A DNA stretch of 64,000 bases from Oceanobacter mangrovi (GCF_019740315.1 NZ_JAHXZR010000002.1:1-64000), one strand, 5' to 3'. Positions 26,984 through 37,307 are shown, counted from the first letter of the stretch. The notes: generated from the letters alone by a model not told the origin. Program-made: numbers and translations.

Positions 26984-27961
26984 TCAATCAGGATCACGGC
27001 CCAGACCAACCTTGAGGGAGCTGGCAATCGCCATGCTGTCCGGACTTTGGCCATCCAGGGTTTTGACGCCTTTAAGCCAATGGGCCAGTTGAGCCTCGTT
27101 CTGGTTCATCCACATGTGCACTGCACGCTTGGTTGGCACAAAACCGTTCATCACCTGATCCATGACTTTCTCTTCCATCTCCAGTGAGAAGGTCAGATTG
27201 GTCAGCAGCCGTGCAACGTTCGGACACTCTTCTTTCAGACCACCACGGACAATCGTACGAACCTGGGCGGCGCCCTTGTTGGGGCCAAAATAGTCGTCGG
27301 CACCGTCAAGATAAGCGATGTCGAAGTTCTGGTTCATCGGGTGTGGCGTCCAGGCCAGGAACGCGATCCAGTCGCCCTTGCGGGTTTTGCCTTTTACCTG
27401 GGCCAGCATCAGGCGTTCGGAGGTTTCGATCAGCTTGAATTTGCCAAGACCAAAGGCGTTCTTGTCGATCATTGACTGGACTTCCTTGTTGCCGTCGTTA
27501 CCGGCTTCCAGACCATAAATGCGGTCGCCGAAACGGTCGGCATATCGGGCCAGATCAGCTACGCTGGTGACGCCCTGGTCGTAGACATATTGTGGTACTG
27601 CGAGGGTGTACATGGCACCGTTGAGATTGGTTTCCAGTACCTCCAGCTCGCGACGACCGAGATAGGGAGCGATTGATTCGGAAGAGGTTGGAATCCAGTT
27701 ACCGAGGAAGGCATCGGCGTTTTTGCTGGCCATTTGCTGGTAGATGCCATCAACGCTGTCGGTCACGGTATTGACCTTATAACCGAGTTTTTCCAGTAAC
27801 ACCTCAGCCACGGTACTGGTCACTTCCAGATCGGTCCATTCCACCAGTCCCAGGGTGACATTGTGACAACTGGCCGGATCAGCCTGAACCGCAGCGGTCG
27901 GCAGTAGAACACTGCTGATACTCAGCAGTCCGGCAAACAGGGATTGGCTAACTCGGTTCAT
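26984..27961 (-). CDS. Glycine betaine/choline-type ABC transporter substrate-binding protein (OpuAC/ProX-like); orphan, no permease or ATPase adjacent
   Basis: Signal peptide, then the OpuAC-family fold (LGLVEWTDLEV..., GNWIP...W). 325 aa. Confidence 0.65.
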   Translation of the reverse strand: MNRVSQSLFAGLLSISSVLLPTAAVQADPASCHNVTLGLVEWTDLEVTSTVAEVLLEKLGYKVNTVTDSVDGIYQQMASKNADAFLGNWIPTSSESIAPYLGRRELEVLETNLNGAMYTLAVPQYVYDQGVTSVADLARYADRFGDRIYGLEAGNDGNKEVQSMIDKNAFGLGKFKLIETSERLMLAQVKGKTRKGDWIAFLAWTPHPMNQNFDIAYLDGADDYFGPNKGAAQVRTIVRGGLKEECPNVARLLTNLTFSLEMEEKVMDQVMNGFVPTKRAVHMWMNQNEAQLAHWLKGVKTLDGQSPDSMAIASSLKVGLGRDPD

Positions 27962-28263
27962 GGCGTTCTCTCAAGGCTCCCCATGGCAGGGTGTAAAAGT
28001 TGACTTGGGTCAATAATCCTCGATTGCCGGATTGTCTGATTGCTTGTTTGCGGCACTCGACGTGCCTGCCTGCTCCATTTGAATGCACTGTCGGATTTGG
28101 CGGCTTTGCTCCAAATTGTTGGGCTTGCCTCGCTGAAGCTTTCGCTTATTTTTCCTAACTCATTGATTTCAAATAACTAATGATGCTCTGGATACGCGGG
28201 TCTGATGGTTCGGCGTTTGCTTCGTCAGCCTTACAACAATCAAAAAATGCTTGATGGGGAATA

Positions 28264-28935
28264 TTGATGAACACCACTGCACTCAGCTACGCCGACAAGC
28301 TGGAACTGGCCGCAGGCTCTCGCCAGCAGGCTTTGCAACAGCTGTTTGACTATCCACTGTTTTCGCTGACGTCACTGATGGGGCCTGTTGACGGGCCGGA
28401 CTGGCCGTCGGATGCGGCCTGGCTGGTCAGCAAGCTGGAAGGAGAGGCGTGCCTGATCTCGGATGGATTGTCGGACCCCTGGGTGGAACCCGACCGGCCA
28501 CAAACCGGGCTGGGGCTGGAAGTGTTGTTGGTGTCATCTGATTTTCAGCTGGTGGAAGGTGAGTCGGCCATGGTCATGGCCGACACCTGGATGTTCCCGA
28601 TGATTGCCGAGATCAGCCACACCCTGGCCTGCTATCCGCGGTTGTGCAGCAAGTTGCTGGCAGCTGAACCGCTGTCGTTGCGCTTCAACATCGAACATAT
28701 CAAGGACGGCCGCGGGTTGGTGGGGGCGTTGCTGCACCAGCCGAGGGACATGGTCAGTCAGATTGATACCGAATTCGGACCGGTGCAGCTGATCGCCGCG
28801 ACGCTGCTGACAGGCAAGGAATTGAGCTGGTTGGTCGGCAAGGGCGAAGAGGGCCGGCGGCAGCTGCTGGAGCGGTTGTACGACGCCGGCGTTGGTTGTC
28901 GTTCGCTGGGCCGGCGGGCTTCCGTTGTTGAATGA
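28264..28935 (+). CDS. Hypothetical protein (possibly SUFU-like domain)
   Basis: 223-aa ORF. Family assignment is tentative. Confidence 0.35.
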   Translation: MMNTTALSYADKLELAAGSRQQALQQLFDYPLFSLTSLMGPVDGPDWPSDAAWLVSKLEGEACLISDGLSDPWVEPDRPQTGLGLEVLLVSSDFQLVEGESAMVMADTWMFPMIAEISHTLACYPRLCSKLLAAEPLSLRFNIEHIKDGRGLVGALLHQPRDMVSQIDTEFGPVQLIAATLLTGKELSWLVGKGEEGRRQLLERLYDAGVGCRSLGRRASVVE

Positions 28936-28980
28936 CCTCGCCAGCAACCACAACGTGCGCGCTGTTCGGCGCGCATGCCA

Positions 28981-29475
28981 ATGGATAAACAGAGTCTGGA
29001 GCAAACCTTGACTGAGACACAGAATCCAACCCCGAACTATAACGACGGCGATCAGGCGTACAAAGCGCTGGGAGAGCTGGATGGTATTACCCGGCTGGTA
29101 AACCGCTTTTATGAATTGATGGACAGCGAGCCGCATGCCCGTGAGCTGCGCGACATGCATCCGGCTGATCTGACGGGCGCCCGCAACAAGCTGGTGGCCT
29201 TTATCTCCGGCTGGAGCGGCGGTCCGGCGCTGTATGCCGAACGTTATGGTGGCCGCAGCCTGGCGATGACCCATAAACATTTTATTATCGACAACGACAC
29301 CACCCGCAGCTGGCTCGATTGCATGCAGCAGGCACTGGCGGATATGGGCTACGAACCAGCCTTGCAGGAATACATGAACAGCAAGTTCTACGGTCCGGCC
29401 CAGAGTATTCAGATGATGAGTGAGTTCGAGCAGAACCGACCGGTGATGAAGGGTAGTTATCATGATCCGCTGTGA
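28981..29475 (+). CDS. Group II truncated haemoglobin (trHbO-type globin)
   Basis: LVNRFYELMDSEP...MHPADLTGARNKLVAFISGWSGGPALY...MTHKHF matches the 2/2 haemoglobin group II signature (proximal His in HKHF). Confidence 0.7.
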   Translation: MDKQSLEQTLTETQNPTPNYNDGDQAYKALGELDGITRLVNRFYELMDSEPHARELRDMHPADLTGARNKLVAFISGWSGGPALYAERYGGRSLAMTHKHFIIDNDTTRSWLDCMQQALADMGYEPALQEYMNSKFYGPAQSIQMMSEFEQNRPVMKGSYHDPL

Positions 29476-30100
29476 TGTCTCGACCATGCTGGCGAAACCT
29501 CTGGCACGTCATATTCGCAGTGGTGCGCCGACCTCGCCAGACCTCTACTGGCGCGCTGACCTGGTGGTGATTGGCACCGAACCCTGCGTGGTGGCGGAAG
29601 AAATCCAGACCGGCTATGTGATGGTCTTTTGTTGTCTGGATGAGCGCGATTTCGGCCGATTCCCACAGCTGTTTCGGGATCGGTTCTGGCGCGAGCTGGC
29701 GGCTATTTGCAAACATACCGGTGCTTACGACAGCCAGACGCTGGCGAGTGGTTTTCAGGCGCTGTTTGCCGATCAGTATTACCATCATGACCCTTATCCC
29801 ATCGAAGAAGGGCGAGTGCTCAAGGCCAGTGAAAAGCTGGAGCGGCATTTCCTTTATAAACAGCAACCGCTGCCAGCCGATGGCCGTTCAGCGTTTGAAT
29901 TTGGCTTCGCCTTTAACAGCCGTCAGGGGCGTAACAAAGATGCACCGACTGCACTGGAGATGATGGGCAATCACTGCCTGAACTGGCTGGAGCAATATCT
30001 GGAGGAAAATCCAGCGGTTGCTGAGCCCGACTTGCCGGTAGCGGTGACATCGATTGAAGACAATATTGTCACGGTGGATTTTGGGCGTAGCAGGCGCTAA
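29462..30100 (+). CDS. Hypothetical protein, overlaps the trHb stop by 14 nt (co-transcribed)
   Basis: 212-aa ORF with coding-like composition. No recognisable family. Confidence 0.4.
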   Translation: MIRCDVSTMLAKPLARHIRSGAPTSPDLYWRADLVVIGTEPCVVAEEIQTGYVMVFCCLDERDFGRFPQLFRDRFWRELAAICKHTGAYDSQTLASGFQALFADQYYHHDPYPIEEGRVLKASEKLERHFLYKQQPLPADGRSAFEFGFAFNSRQGRNKDAPTALEMMGNHCLNWLEQYLEENPAVAEPDLPVAVTSIEDNIVTVDFGRSRR

Positions 30101-30140
30101 CCCTGTAAAGGATAACTGGTGTGGTGTGGTGTGGTGGGAT

Positions 30141-30171
30141 CGGCACGGGTAGCGCCAGCCGCACCGTGCCG
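30141..30171. terminator. Stem-loop between convergent genes (possible bidirectional terminator), preceded by a (GTGGT)n microsatellite
   Basis: CGGCACGG-(15 nt)-CCGTGCCG inverted repeat. gtggtgtggtgtggtgg lies at 30116-30137. Confidence 0.35.
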
Positions 30172-30178
30172 CCTATGC

Positions 30179-30697
30179 TCAGAAGGTGTAAGTCGCCCGT
30201 GCGGAGAACCCGGTCAGATCGTAACGTCCGGTGCTGAGCATATTGTCGTATTCGATCTTCATGCCCCAGTCCGGGGTGAATTTGAATGAGGCTCCAAATC
30301 CCCACGAAATGCCGGTATCGGTGAAGTCATTGGCGGCAACACCACCACCTGTAGCGGTCGCGTTAAACATGGTAAAACCCAGCGCTCCAAACACCGAAAT
30401 ACGAGGGTTGATGGGGTACGACGGCACTGCCATCAGTTGAAAATAATAATCCGGATCCAGTTTGAAACCGCTGTGCTCATCGTCATTAAGGCCCAGACCA
30501 TAACGCAGTTCTGTGCCGATATAAGGGTCATACTTATAGCCGATCGCACCCTCAATAGCCTGGGCGTTAAAATCAGCCAGGCCTGATTCGGAGTAGGTCA
30601 GCCGATTGTGGCCTGCGGTGATATAGCCCACGCCGGCCATGGCCGAAATGGATGAACAACTGCATAGAACGGCAACTGCCAGTTTTTTCAGGCTCAC
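30179..30697 (-). CDS. Small outer-membrane beta-barrel protein (OmpW/OmpA-like porin family)
   Basis: GTG start with AAGGAG RBS. Signal peptide KKLAVAVLCSCSSISAMA. Alternating amphipathic strands, C-terminal ...ARATYTF with terminal aromatic residue. Confidence 0.6.
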   Translation of the reverse strand: MSLKKLAVAVLCSCSSISAMAGVGYITAGHNRLTYSESGLADFNAQAIEGAIGYKYDPYIGTELRYGLGLNDDEHSGFKLDPDYYFQLMAVPSYPINPRISVFGALGFTMFNATATGGGVAANDFTDTGISWGFGASFKFTPDWGMKIEYDNMLSTGRYDLTGFSARATYTF

Positions 30698-30922
30698 AAC
30701 TTGCTCCTTTGAGGTGCTGAAGGGTCTTGACCGGGTGATAGAAAACCAGTTGCGTCGGCTTGTCAACGACCGCAACAGAGGTCAACAAATCCCTACACTC
30801 AGAGAAGTTATTTATTAGAAAAAATTACTCAATGCTTATTTTGTGATATAGGTACTTCTTTTTAGTGGTCTTAATTTGAGCCTTTGTTGGTTTAAAAGCT
30901 TGAGCATGGGAGTTATTGGCGT

Positions 30923-31294
30923 ATGGCCTATCATACTCACTGGGAGGCCGCTGGCATTTACCGGCGTTTTTACGGCGTCACCAGTGCGGAAGAAATTCTG
31001 CAGGCCAATTTCGATATGCACCGCAACCCGGCCTATTTTCAGATGCGTTACGTCATTAACGATTTCAGTGCCATCACAGGTCATAGCGTCACGCCTGGTC
31101 AGACTCGTATTCTTGCAGGGGCGGATGAAGTTATCGCCGTGTCGCTGGGGGAAATGAAAATCGCCCTGGTCATCGACAACGATGAATATACCGAGGTTTG
31201 TGAGGCCTATCTGCAGCACATGCGCGATGCGGTGTTCCAGTGTCGACTGTTCCGTCAGCTGGCGGATGCCCGTGATTGGGCCCGCCAGCGCTGA
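30923..31294 (+). CDS. Hypothetical small protein
   Basis: 123-aa ORF. No recognised motif. Confidence 0.3.
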   Translation: MAYHTHWEAAGIYRRFYGVTSAEEILQANFDMHRNPAYFQMRYVINDFSAITGHSVTPGQTRILAGADEVIAVSLGEMKIALVIDNDEYTEVCEAYLQHMRDAVFQCRLFRQLADARDWARQR

Positions 31295-31318
31295 TTGCTT
31301 ACCGTTGATTGGCTGAGG

Positions 31319-32422
31319 CTATTGTGCGGTCGGGTAGTCCAGCAAACCTTCGGCACCACCACCAAATAGCAGGTCCGCCCGTACCTCATTTAATGGGATC
31401 GCCTGTTGCAGGCGGTGGGGCAGGTCCGGGTTGGCAATAAACGGGCGGCCAAAACCGACCATGTCGGCATAGCCTTGTTGTAATACCCATTCCGCCCGTT
31501 CGTAGGTGTAGTTGCCCGCGACAATGATCATATTCGGATAGATTGCCCGTGCCAGCGCCCGGAATTCCTCTGGCACATCTGGTTCGGCGTCCCAGTCGAC
31601 CTCGGCAAAATGCACAAAACCAATCTGTAGATCGGCCATTTTTTTCATCGCCAGCAATACGGTTTCCGGGGTGTCCGGGTCGTCCATACCACGGGTCTGG
31701 TTATGGGGAGCAAAACGCACTCCCAGACGCTCCGACGGGAACACCTCAGCCATGCGTTGCAGTATTTCAATCACAAAGCGAATGTGGTTGGCCGGGCTGC
31801 CTCCATACTGGTCGGTTCGCTGATTCGAGCTTTTACGCAGGAACTGGTCAATCAAATAGCCGTTACCACCATGTAATTCGACACCGTCAAAACCGGCTTC
31901 ACGGGCATTTACCGTCGCCTGCACAAAGGCATCCTGCACGTTCTTGATATCCTCCAGTGTCATGGCGGTTGGCGGCGTGCACTCATGTACCGTACCACCA
32001 TTGCCATCGGGGTTGGCAATCCACACGCCTGTACCCGGTGGGGTAGCAATGGCGGATGGTGCCTTGGGGGGCAGGCCTGCGTGGAAGCTGGTATGCGACA
32101 TCCGGCCGGTATGCCAGAGTTGCAGGAAAATCTTGCCACCTTGCTGGTGAACTTCTCGGGTCACCAGCTGCCAGCCAGCGATTTGTTCCGGGGTGTGAAT
32201 GCCGGGCGTAAAGGAATAGCCCTGGGCATCGGCAGAGACCTGGGTCGCCTCGGCAATAATCAAACCGGCACTGGCGCGCTGACCATAATATTCAGCCATC
32301 AGAGCTGTTGGAATATTGCCCGGTTGGGCTGAGCGGCAACGGGTCATGGGCGGCATGACGATCCGGTTGGCGAAGGTCAGATCACCGTGAGTGAATGAAG
32401 AAAAAAGTTTGTCTGAACTCAT
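31319..32422 (-). CDS. NADH:flavin oxidoreductase / alkene reductase (Old Yellow Enzyme family, NemA-like)
   Basis: FANRIVMPPMTR...LWHTGR...GFDGVELHGGNGYLIDQF are canonical OYE motifs. Start at MSSDKLF (GGAG RBS). Confidence 0.85.
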   Translation of the reverse strand: MSSDKLFSSFTHGDLTFANRIVMPPMTRCRSAQPGNIPTALMAEYYGQRASAGLIIAEATQVSADAQGYSFTPGIHTPEQIAGWQLVTREVHQQGGKIFLQLWHTGRMSHTSFHAGLPPKAPSAIATPPGTGVWIANPDGNGGTVHECTPPTAMTLEDIKNVQDAFVQATVNAREAGFDGVELHGGNGYLIDQFLRKSSNQRTDQYGGSPANHIRFVIEILQRMAEVFPSERLGVRFAPHNQTRGMDDPDTPETVLLAMKKMADLQIGFVHFAEVDWDAEPDVPEEFRALARAIYPNMIIVAGNYTYERAEWVLQQGYADMVGFGRPFIANPDLPHRLQQAIPLNEVRADLLFGGGAEGLLDYPTAQ

Positions 32423-32517
32423 GCCAGAACTCCGTGGCTGGTGGGAGACGTTTTTCGTGAATGCAATGGCAAAGGGTTGCATCCCTTTGCCTTGTGTCGA
32501 CGCAGGAGGCGTTGCAT

Positions 32518-33468
32518 TTAACAGGCACTGGCATCGTTGAGCAGCTGTATGTCTGATGCCGCAAGTTTGAGGTCAGCAGCGGCTGCAATCTGCCGCAGCT
32601 GTTCAACGTTGGTGGCGCTGGCAATGGGCGCTGTGACGGATGGACGATTGATAATCCAGGCAAGTGCAACCGTGGCTGCAGGGCAGTTATAAGCCCGGGA
32701 AACCTGATCAAGCGCGGCCAGAATTTTCAATCCCCGTTCGGTCATGTATTTGTCGAGGAAGATACCGCGCCTGGATTGTTTGAGGTCTTCTGCATTACGG
32801 TATTTACCAGACAAAAATCCACTGGCCAGTGAAAAATAGGTGACAACGCCAAGCTCATTTTGCTGGCAAACGGATTCCAGTTCATCCTCATAGCCTGCTC
32901 GATCAAACAGGTTGTATTCCGGCTGATGGGCGATAAATGCGGGCAGATTGTTCTGCTTGCTGAAGCTGAGTGCAGCTTGTAGCCGTTCGGCAGAATAGTT
33001 GGAGGAAGCAATGTGGCGTACCTTGCCTGCTTCAATCAATTGCTGAAAAGCCGCAAAGGTTTCTTCAAAGGGAACGGTGGGGTCGTCGATATGGGCGTAG
33101 AGCACATCAACGTAGTCGGTTTTAAGACGCTCCAGAGACGCTTCTGTCTGGTCTATGATGTACTGTCTGCCGAGTCCTCTGGAACCGTCAGTCAATGGCA
33201 TGCCTACCTTGGTCGCTATGATGACCTGCTGCCGTTTGCCGGACTTTTGCAGCCAGTTACCAATGACGGTTTCTGATTCTCCTCCCTGATTGCCCTCAGC
33301 CCAGGCCGAATAGACGTTGGCGCTGTCAATCATATTGATGCCATGGTCAAGACAGGCATCCAGTAATTCAAATGAGCGCTGCTGATCTGCAGTCCATCCA
33401 AATACGTTGCCACCAAACACCACGGGGGCAATTTGCAGTTTCGAACGACCCAGAAATTGTTTTTGCAT
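32518..33468 (-). CDS. Aldo/keto reductase family oxidoreductase
   Basis: IAPVVFGGNVFGW...GINMIDSANVYS...IATKVG is the AKR signature. Start at MQKQFLG with GGAG RBS. Confidence 0.85.
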   Translation of the reverse strand: MQKQFLGRSKLQIAPVVFGGNVFGWTADQQRSFELLDACLDHGINMIDSANVYSAWAEGNQGGESETVIGNWLQKSGKRQQVIIATKVGMPLTDGSRGLGRQYIIDQTEASLERLKTDYVDVLYAHIDDPTVPFEETFAAFQQLIEAGKVRHIASSNYSAERLQAALSFSKQNNLPAFIAHQPEYNLFDRAGYEDELESVCQQNELGVVTYFSLASGFLSGKYRNAEDLKQSRRGIFLDKYMTERGLKILAALDQVSRAYNCPAATVALAWIINRPSVTAPIASATNVEQLRQIAAAADLKLAASDIQLLNDASAC

Positions 33469-33577
33469 GACGAAGCTCCTGTGCATTTCGGAATATATCC
33501 TTGAGTGATATGTTCGTTGTTTGTTGCAAATTTATAATTGGCTTTTTCGTGAACTATTTGTTTGGAAATATTTGATA

Positions 33578-34483
33578 ATGATCGAGTATTTGTCGGATTT
33601 GCGGTTGTTTCGGGAGATCAGTAAAACCCTCAACTTTCGTCAGGCGGGAGAGCAGCTGGGCTACTCGCCAGCAGTGGTCAGTATGCGGGTGAAGCGGCTT
33701 GAAACTGTGACAGGTAAAACCCTGTTTCTGAGGTCGACGCGCCACATCGCCATCACGGAGGAGGGCCGCGAGTTACTGCAGCTGGCGGAGCAGACACTGG
33801 ATCTGGCGGAATTGATGACTTCCTCACGGGCGTCAGATGATCGCCAGGCGATTCAGGGTCAGGTGCGCATTGGCGCACCGCATTCGTTTGCCCGGGTATT
33901 TCTGCTCCAACCGATTCGAATGCTGCACCAGCAATTCCCCGGACTGACAATCGAACTCTTGTTAGATGATCAGCTGACACCATTGGTGCGTGAGGGCATT
34001 GATCTGTCGTTTCGTATTGGTTACCTCGGTGAGAGCCATGTCGCCAGCCAGGATCTGATTGTCGATAAACGTATTCTGATCGCCAGCCCGGACTATTTGC
34101 AGCGTTACGGTGAGCCTGAGCGGCCGGCGCAGCTGAAGGATCATCTGATTCTGAGTCATTTGCACATGCGGCATTGGGATCTGGTCGGCAATGGCGAGAC
34201 GGTAAGGGTGCCGCTGCAGCGGGTGATGTACTGCAACACTGGTGATTATCTGAGCTGGCTGGCCATTGATGGCGCCGGTATCACGGTGAAATCCGAATGG
34301 TCGGTACAGGAATATATCAACCGGGGCCTGTTACAGCGGCTGCTGCCGGAATACACCCTGGGAACAGCCAGATTTGTACGGGTGGTGACGCCGCAACGTG
34401 AAGTGACGCCATTACGCGTGCGACACGTTCTGGAAGTGATTCGGGCGCATATTGAAGCCGTCACAGCGCAGACTCTCAGTTGA
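33578..34483 (+). CDS. LysR-family transcriptional regulator
   Basis: N-terminal HTH (LRLFREISKTLNFRQAGEQLGYSPAVVSMRVKRLE) and LysR substrate-binding domain. Divergent from the AKR/OYE genes. Confidence 0.8.
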   Translation: MIEYLSDLRLFREISKTLNFRQAGEQLGYSPAVVSMRVKRLETVTGKTLFLRSTRHIAITEEGRELLQLAEQTLDLAELMTSSRASDDRQAIQGQVRIGAPHSFARVFLLQPIRMLHQQFPGLTIELLLDDQLTPLVREGIDLSFRIGYLGESHVASQDLIVDKRILIASPDYLQRYGEPERPAQLKDHLILSHLHMRHWDLVGNGETVRVPLQRVMYCNTGDYLSWLAIDGAGITVKSEWSVQEYINRGLLQRLLPEYTLGTARFVRVVTPQREVTPLRVRHVLEVIRAHIEAVTAQTLS

Positions 34484-34544
34484 CGGGCGGCCAGTCTCCT
34501 GGCCGTCGTCAGAGCCGTTATCAGATCCATTCGAACTTCGCTGG

Positions 34545-35720
34545 TTACTCATTAACCACGGTGCTGATGGCGGCATTTTGTTTGCTGCGCTGGAACAGTA
34601 GCACCAGTACTAGCCCGCTGGCCGAGGTGGCCGCGCCTGCCAGTGCCACTGACGGCAACCCCAGGCCGGCATAAATTACCGCGCCACCCAGCGCTGCACC
34701 GAAGGCATTCCCAAGATTAAAGGCCGCGATATTCATGGATGAGGCCAGGTTCGGTGCATCACTGGCTTGCTGCACCACCAGTGCTTGCAGCGGCGGCACA
34801 ATGGCAAAGCTGACGATCCCCCAGCAGAAGATCAGTGGTGCGACCAGCCACTGGCTTTGCATGGTAAAGGCGAACAGTACCAATAACAGCACAGTGACCA
34901 GCAGCGCAATGACCAGAGTACCGTCGAGCGAACGGTCGGCAAAGCGTCCGGCCAGCCAGTTGCCGACTGCCAGACCACAGCCATAAATAATCAGTATTGT
35001 GGTTATGAAGCCGGTGCTGGCGAGAGTTTCGTCTTCCAGAATCGGTACGATATAGGTGAATACCGTGAACATGGAACTGGCGCCGACCACAGTTAACAGC
35101 AGCGCAAACAGCACTGAGCCGCGGCCAAGGACGGCCAGTTCATCGCGAATACTGGTTGCACCATTGGAGGCCAGTTTCGGCAGCCAAATCCGCAAGGCAA
35201 TCAGGGTGATCAGGCCGATGGCGGCCATGCCATAAAAGGAGGTGCGCCAGCCGATTGTTTCGCCAACATAGGCTGCCAACGGCACGCCACCAATATTGGC
35301 GATGGTCAGACCGGAGAACACGGCTGCCACGGCACCCGCCCGTTTGTCCGGCGCCACCAGGGTGGTGGCGACGACGGTACCGACACCAAAAAATGCGCCA
35401 TGGTTGAAGGATGTAATGATGCGGCCAATCAACAAGGTGTTGTAGCTGTCGGCCAATGCGGATACCAGATTACCGATAGTGAAAATACTCATCGCCAGCA
35501 ACAGCAGGTTACGGCGTGACATATTGGCAAACCCCAGCGTCATGATGGGCGCACCAACCACCACTCCCAGCGCATAGGCACTAATCAACATACCGGCAGT
35601 GGGGATGCTGACCTGTAGATCTTCCGCGATGCTGGATAGCATACCCATCGGGCCGAACTCGGTGACACCAATCCCAAAAGCACCCAGTGCCAGCGCCAGC
35701 AGGGGAGGATTTATCTTCAT
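34545..35720 (-). CDS. MFS transporter (12-TM)
   Basis: 391 aa, hydrophobic throughout, with the MFS motif pattern (GxLaDRxGRR-like FADRSLDG). Confidence 0.8.
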   Translation of the reverse strand: MKINPPLLALALGAFGIGVTEFGPMGMLSSIAEDLQVSIPTAGMLISAYALGVVVGAPIMTLGFANMSRRNLLLLAMSIFTIGNLVSALADSYNTLLIGRIITSFNHGAFFGVGTVVATTLVAPDKRAGAVAAVFSGLTIANIGGVPLAAYVGETIGWRTSFYGMAAIGLITLIALRIWLPKLASNGATSIRDELAVLGRGSVLFALLLTVVGASSMFTVFTYIVPILEDETLASTGFITTILIIYGCGLAVGNWLAGRFADRSLDGTLVIALLVTVLLLVLFAFTMQSQWLVAPLIFCWGIVSFAIVPPLQALVVQQASDAPNLASSMNIAAFNLGNAFGAALGGAVIYAGLGLPSVALAGAATSASGLVLVLLFQRSKQNAAISTVVNE

Positions 35721-35868
35721 TTTTACTCTCCGTAATTTGTGAATGTGGCGAATATACAGGAGCTTGAATGTGCGGATTAGAGAGGCATACTGTTAGCCAG
35801 CTTTGCATACGGCGCACAAATAAGAGCGATTCTTGCGTTGTTGATGGACAACTGCAGCAGGTGGATAA

Positions 35869-36807
35869 ATGGCTTTGAACAACCGGCGAATTGATCGCAC
35901 CAGTGAAATGGAAACCTTTCTGGCGGTGGCTTGTGCGGGCAGCCTGAGTGGTGCCGCCCGGACGTTGGGGCTGACACCATCGGCAGTCAGTCGGGTGGTC
36001 TCTCGGATTGAAGAACGACTTGGCATTCGCTTGCTGGTGCGGACGACGCGCAGCTTGCGGCTGACCCGAGAAGGCGAGGATTACGCCCTGGCGGCGCGGC
36101 GTATTCTGGCCGATTTGCAGCAAACTGAATCTGCCATTGCCGACAGGGCCAGCCCTAAAGGTCAGCTGCGGGTCAGCATGGCCCACGCGCACGGGCGTTT
36201 GATCATAGTGCCACTGCTGCAGGAATTCCTGGCACGCTACCCGGGTATCCAACTGGAAGTACAGATCAGTGATGAACTGGCGGATGTTCAGGGCGGCCAC
36301 GTGGATGTGGCGATTCGTTTTGGCAGCTTGCCGGACAGCGCGCTGACGGCTCGTTATCTGGGCAGCACCGGACGCGTGGTAGTGGCTTCCCCCAGCTATC
36401 TGCAAAGACATGGTGAGCCACAACATCCATTCGACCTGACACAGCACAACTGCCTCGATTTCAGCTTTCGACGGATTGAACCTGGCTGGCCATTCCGCCT
36501 GGAGGGCAAAGATCAATTGTTACCGGTCAATGGCAATTTGCGGGCAAACAATGGTGAAACCCTGGTGCAGCTTGCGTTACAGGGGCTGGGAATTACCCGC
36601 ATTGGCTGTTTTCATGTCGGACCAGAACTGGCCTGCGGCCAGCTGGTGGCCTTGCTGGAAGACTTTAACCCCTGCGACCGGGAAGAGATCCACGCCCTGT
36701 TTGTGGGCGGTGCCAACATGCCTGCCCGGGTTCGGGTATTTATCGACTTCCTGCTGGAACAGCTGCAGCCGGATGCCCGCGCAGGACAGTCATCAAGCAA
36801 CCGTTAA
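35869..36807 (+). CDS. LysR-family transcriptional regulator
   Basis: HTH METFLAVACAGSLSGAARTLGLTPSAVSRVVSRIEERLG followed by a LysR effector domain. Divergent from the MFS gene. Confidence 0.8.
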   Translation: MALNNRRIDRTSEMETFLAVACAGSLSGAARTLGLTPSAVSRVVSRIEERLGIRLLVRTTRSLRLTREGEDYALAARRILADLQQTESAIADRASPKGQLRVSMAHAHGRLIIVPLLQEFLARYPGIQLEVQISDELADVQGGHVDVAIRFGSLPDSALTARYLGSTGRVVVASPSYLQRHGEPQHPFDLTQHNCLDFSFRRIEPGWPFRLEGKDQLLPVNGNLRANNGETLVQLALQGLGITRIGCFHVGPELACGQLVALLEDFNPCDREEIHALFVGGANMPARVRVFIDFLLEQLQPDARAGQSSSNR

Positions 36808-37087
36808 AAGCAATACTTTGGGCCTATTCTGAAACAGCTAAAGTAGTGTTTTTTTGCGGCCAGTCCTGCCACACACTGTCAACATCATCATCGGTATTCG
36901 TTCCGGCTGGAACCTGCAAAGGCTGGTGATATCATTGGTATCGGAAAGGCGATATTAGCCGTAAAGGTCTACGACTACTGATACCTCTCCATAGACCCAA
37001 GTGCGGATGGTATAAACCAGAAGCCTTTGGGAAGGTGTTCAAGGGACAGGAATTACCCTGTCTCATAACAATAAGAGGAAACAACTA

Positions 37088-37159
37088 TGTGGACTAAACC
37101 AGCCTACAAAGATCTGCGTATCGGCTTCGAAGTAACCATGTACTTCAGCCATCGCTAAG
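37088..37159 (+). CDS. pqqA: PqqA, the 23-aa PQQ precursor peptide (absent from the ORF track because it is under 60 aa)
   Basis: ATG TGG ACT AAA CCA GCC TAC AAA GAT CTG CGT ATC GGC TTC GAA GTA ACC ATG TAC TTC AGC CAT CGC TAA gives MWTKPAYKDLRIGFEVTMYFSHR. Compare Klebsiella PqqA [23 protein letters not shown], with the conserved E-x3-Y. RBS GAGGAAA lies upstream. Confidence 0.85.
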
Positions 37160-37270
37160 CAAGCCAGGGCGTGATGATACAGCACAGCAGGTTATACCTT
37201 TTTAACCTGTCCATGCCGTTTCAGAGCGCTCTCGTGAGCTGATTGCCCTCGGCTATGCCGAAGGGCTGGG

Positions 37271-37307
37271 AATGCCCGGGGTAGTGATATTCCGGGCATT
37301 TTCGCTT
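37271..37307 (+). terminator. pqqA-pqqB intergenic stem-loop (attenuator/terminator)
   Basis: AATGCCCGG-12 nt-CCGGGCATT followed by TTCGCTT. Its position after pqqA matches the known partial terminator that keeps pqqA mRNA in excess. Confidence 0.5.

Noticed and set aside
28090-28116. Short dyad ATTTGG-n10-CCAAAT upstream of the glycine-betaine SBP gene as a BetI-type operator
   Set aside because: The arms are only 6 bp and no cognate regulator gene is in the window. It is too weak to call.
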